From NCBI GenBank assembly GCA_030390025.1, contig CM059425.1, forward strand, positions 43,090,001-43,154,000: DNA of 64,000 nt, written 5' to 3'. The position numbers and the translations under genes were made by a program. Positions 62,286-64,000 of the stretch are shown piece after piece. Below the pieces are notes generated by a model, which had not been told where the DNA came from, searched no databases, and saw only the letters and a list, made by a program, of their open reading frames with translations. Source of the DNA: Squalus acanthias. Taxonomy: Eukaryota. Within the stretch, counting starts at the first letter, position 1; every line of letters begins with the position of its first letter.

Positions 62286-63846
62286 CAAACAACTACTTAA
62301 GAGCAAAAAAGTAGAGTTGGACATTTAGAGACTGCCCAATAGGAAAGAAATCTAGCAAAAGATCGGTACAGATTTATACTATTAGCAAATAGGAGAACAG
62401 TGGTAGTACAGACACAGACCACAAATGGTTCACTGTGGTGTCATTCAATACTGAATACACTGCAAAAGTAAAATGGTTATGACAGCGATTATTGCCCCAC
62501 AATTTATTTCACTGTAAATTCATAATCTATATTCTCTCCACAGTGGCCGATCGCTAAGCCCAATACTACTGCAAAATATTGCAAATGAAGTAGAGATTAA
62601 TCTTCTATGCCGTTGCTAAACTCTTTTAGTAGTGTGTATCATGGTAAAATTATTTATCTTGCCCTGAAAATTGCTGCGTACACAAACAATGAATGTGTAA
62701 ATGCGCGAATGAGCTGGAAGACCAAATTAATTTGTAAAGTCATACACATCTCTCAGTTCCAATTAAGTGCAGTCTGAACTGAGACCTATATAATGTGATT
62801 TACACTGTGGTGCAATAATGCTGGATTTCATCAGTGGGATTCACAGCAGTATTAATTTAAGGTTAATTAAATACAATACTTTTCTTGTTAAAAAGTCCCA
62901 GTCTGAAGGTCTGAGAGTAGCTGTGTAACAAGCTTATTGTCTGACTGCAGAATATACAAGAATTTAATCCTTAAGGGTACTGGACAGTATGAACCTATTA
63001 TCAGAGTGGTCAGTGGTTGTTATCAAGCTGCATGTGGGAGGCATAATAATTATGGTTTCAATATGTTGATCTTTAGTGTGCAAGATTGAATTCCTTATCA
63101 GTTTCTCACAGTCAATGTTGAGTTGTTTGTAGTGGCTACATCAGAAATGTACCAGAAGCTAGAGGAAAGAAAATCCTTAGTGTAGGGCATCACTAGCTTG
63201 CTCATTTAGCTAAGACTATACCATAATACATCAGCAAAATAAATTGAAAATTGTAATTAAAATAGATTTAATTGGATAAATTGGAATTGTATAGGAACAT
63301 TGCATTTCTGTTTCTAGACTAATATTTCCATTGAGATTGGAACAACTGCGAGCTTCTGCAGAATACCGTGAAATACAAGACTGGCCTCATTCAGTTTTTA
63401 TGAGTAGAGATAGCCTTGAATCTGCTACTTGCAAGGCTCTTACTCATTCACAGCAGCTGTTTCATTTATTTTAAGGTTTGCTTAGTTTCTAGGACTGCCT
63501 TTTTACATTGGTGTCAATACTAAAAGTGGAAAGCTTTCCCTGGGATAAGCCACAGATGCTGAGTGCAGGTAGTGTTGAAAGCGTGGAATGCACTAGACAC
63601 TCGGTGCTATTGACATCCTTCATCTGCTCTTTGTTTACGTATTAATTGTAGCTTTTCAGGAATTTATTGCAGGTCTGTTTTCTCCAAGGGAAGGGGGAAT
63701 ATACAGAGGCGATCGTTTCCATCTGTGTGAAAATGGTGAAAGTAAAATCACTCAAGACTAGCTTCAGAGATCCGCCAAGTTTCTTTTCCTCTGTAAATGA
63801 TTGTTAAAAATAAAGTTGGTATTAAAATACCACCTGTACTTGTGCT

Positions 63847-63920
63847 TACATAGAATATACAGCACAGAAACAGGCCATTCGGTCCTACAAGTCCATGCCT
63901 GCGTTTATGCTCCGCTCGAG
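63847..63920 (-). mobile_element. CR1-type 3' tail fragment
   Basis: catagaatatacagcacagaaacaggccattcgg is the reverse complement of a CR1 tail. Confidence 0.65.
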
Positions 63921-64000
63921 CCGATTTAAAGACATTCTGGCAATTCACTGTTGCTATGAGTTTATAAATAAGTAGTAACCAAGGATGCGGATGAATATAT

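Overview
Vertebrate genomic DNA, very probably a shark or other elasmobranch, inferred from the repeat content (HE1-like V-SINE, SacSINE1-like Deu-SINEs, CR1 and L2 LINEs). The window lies inside a KIF26A-like kinesin gene on the + strand. Three N-terminal coding exons (12638-13153, 22151-22320, 48210-48393) splice in frame at GT-AG junctions; the start codon and motor domain were not found here. The rest is repeat-rich intron, and nearly all ORF-track entries are spurious or LINE debris. The most notable signal is three small Penelope-like pLTR insertions, each with target-site duplications. They carry a minimal type I hammerhead ribozyme motif, with a compensatory base-pair change in helix I between copies. 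One is a perfect 235-bp palindrome with two back-to-back hammerheads, one is a ~95-bp insert that is almost only the ribozyme plus a poly(A) signal, and one is truncated in the core. Repeat family names come from recognition by eye, not database searches, and boundaries of old repeats are approximate.
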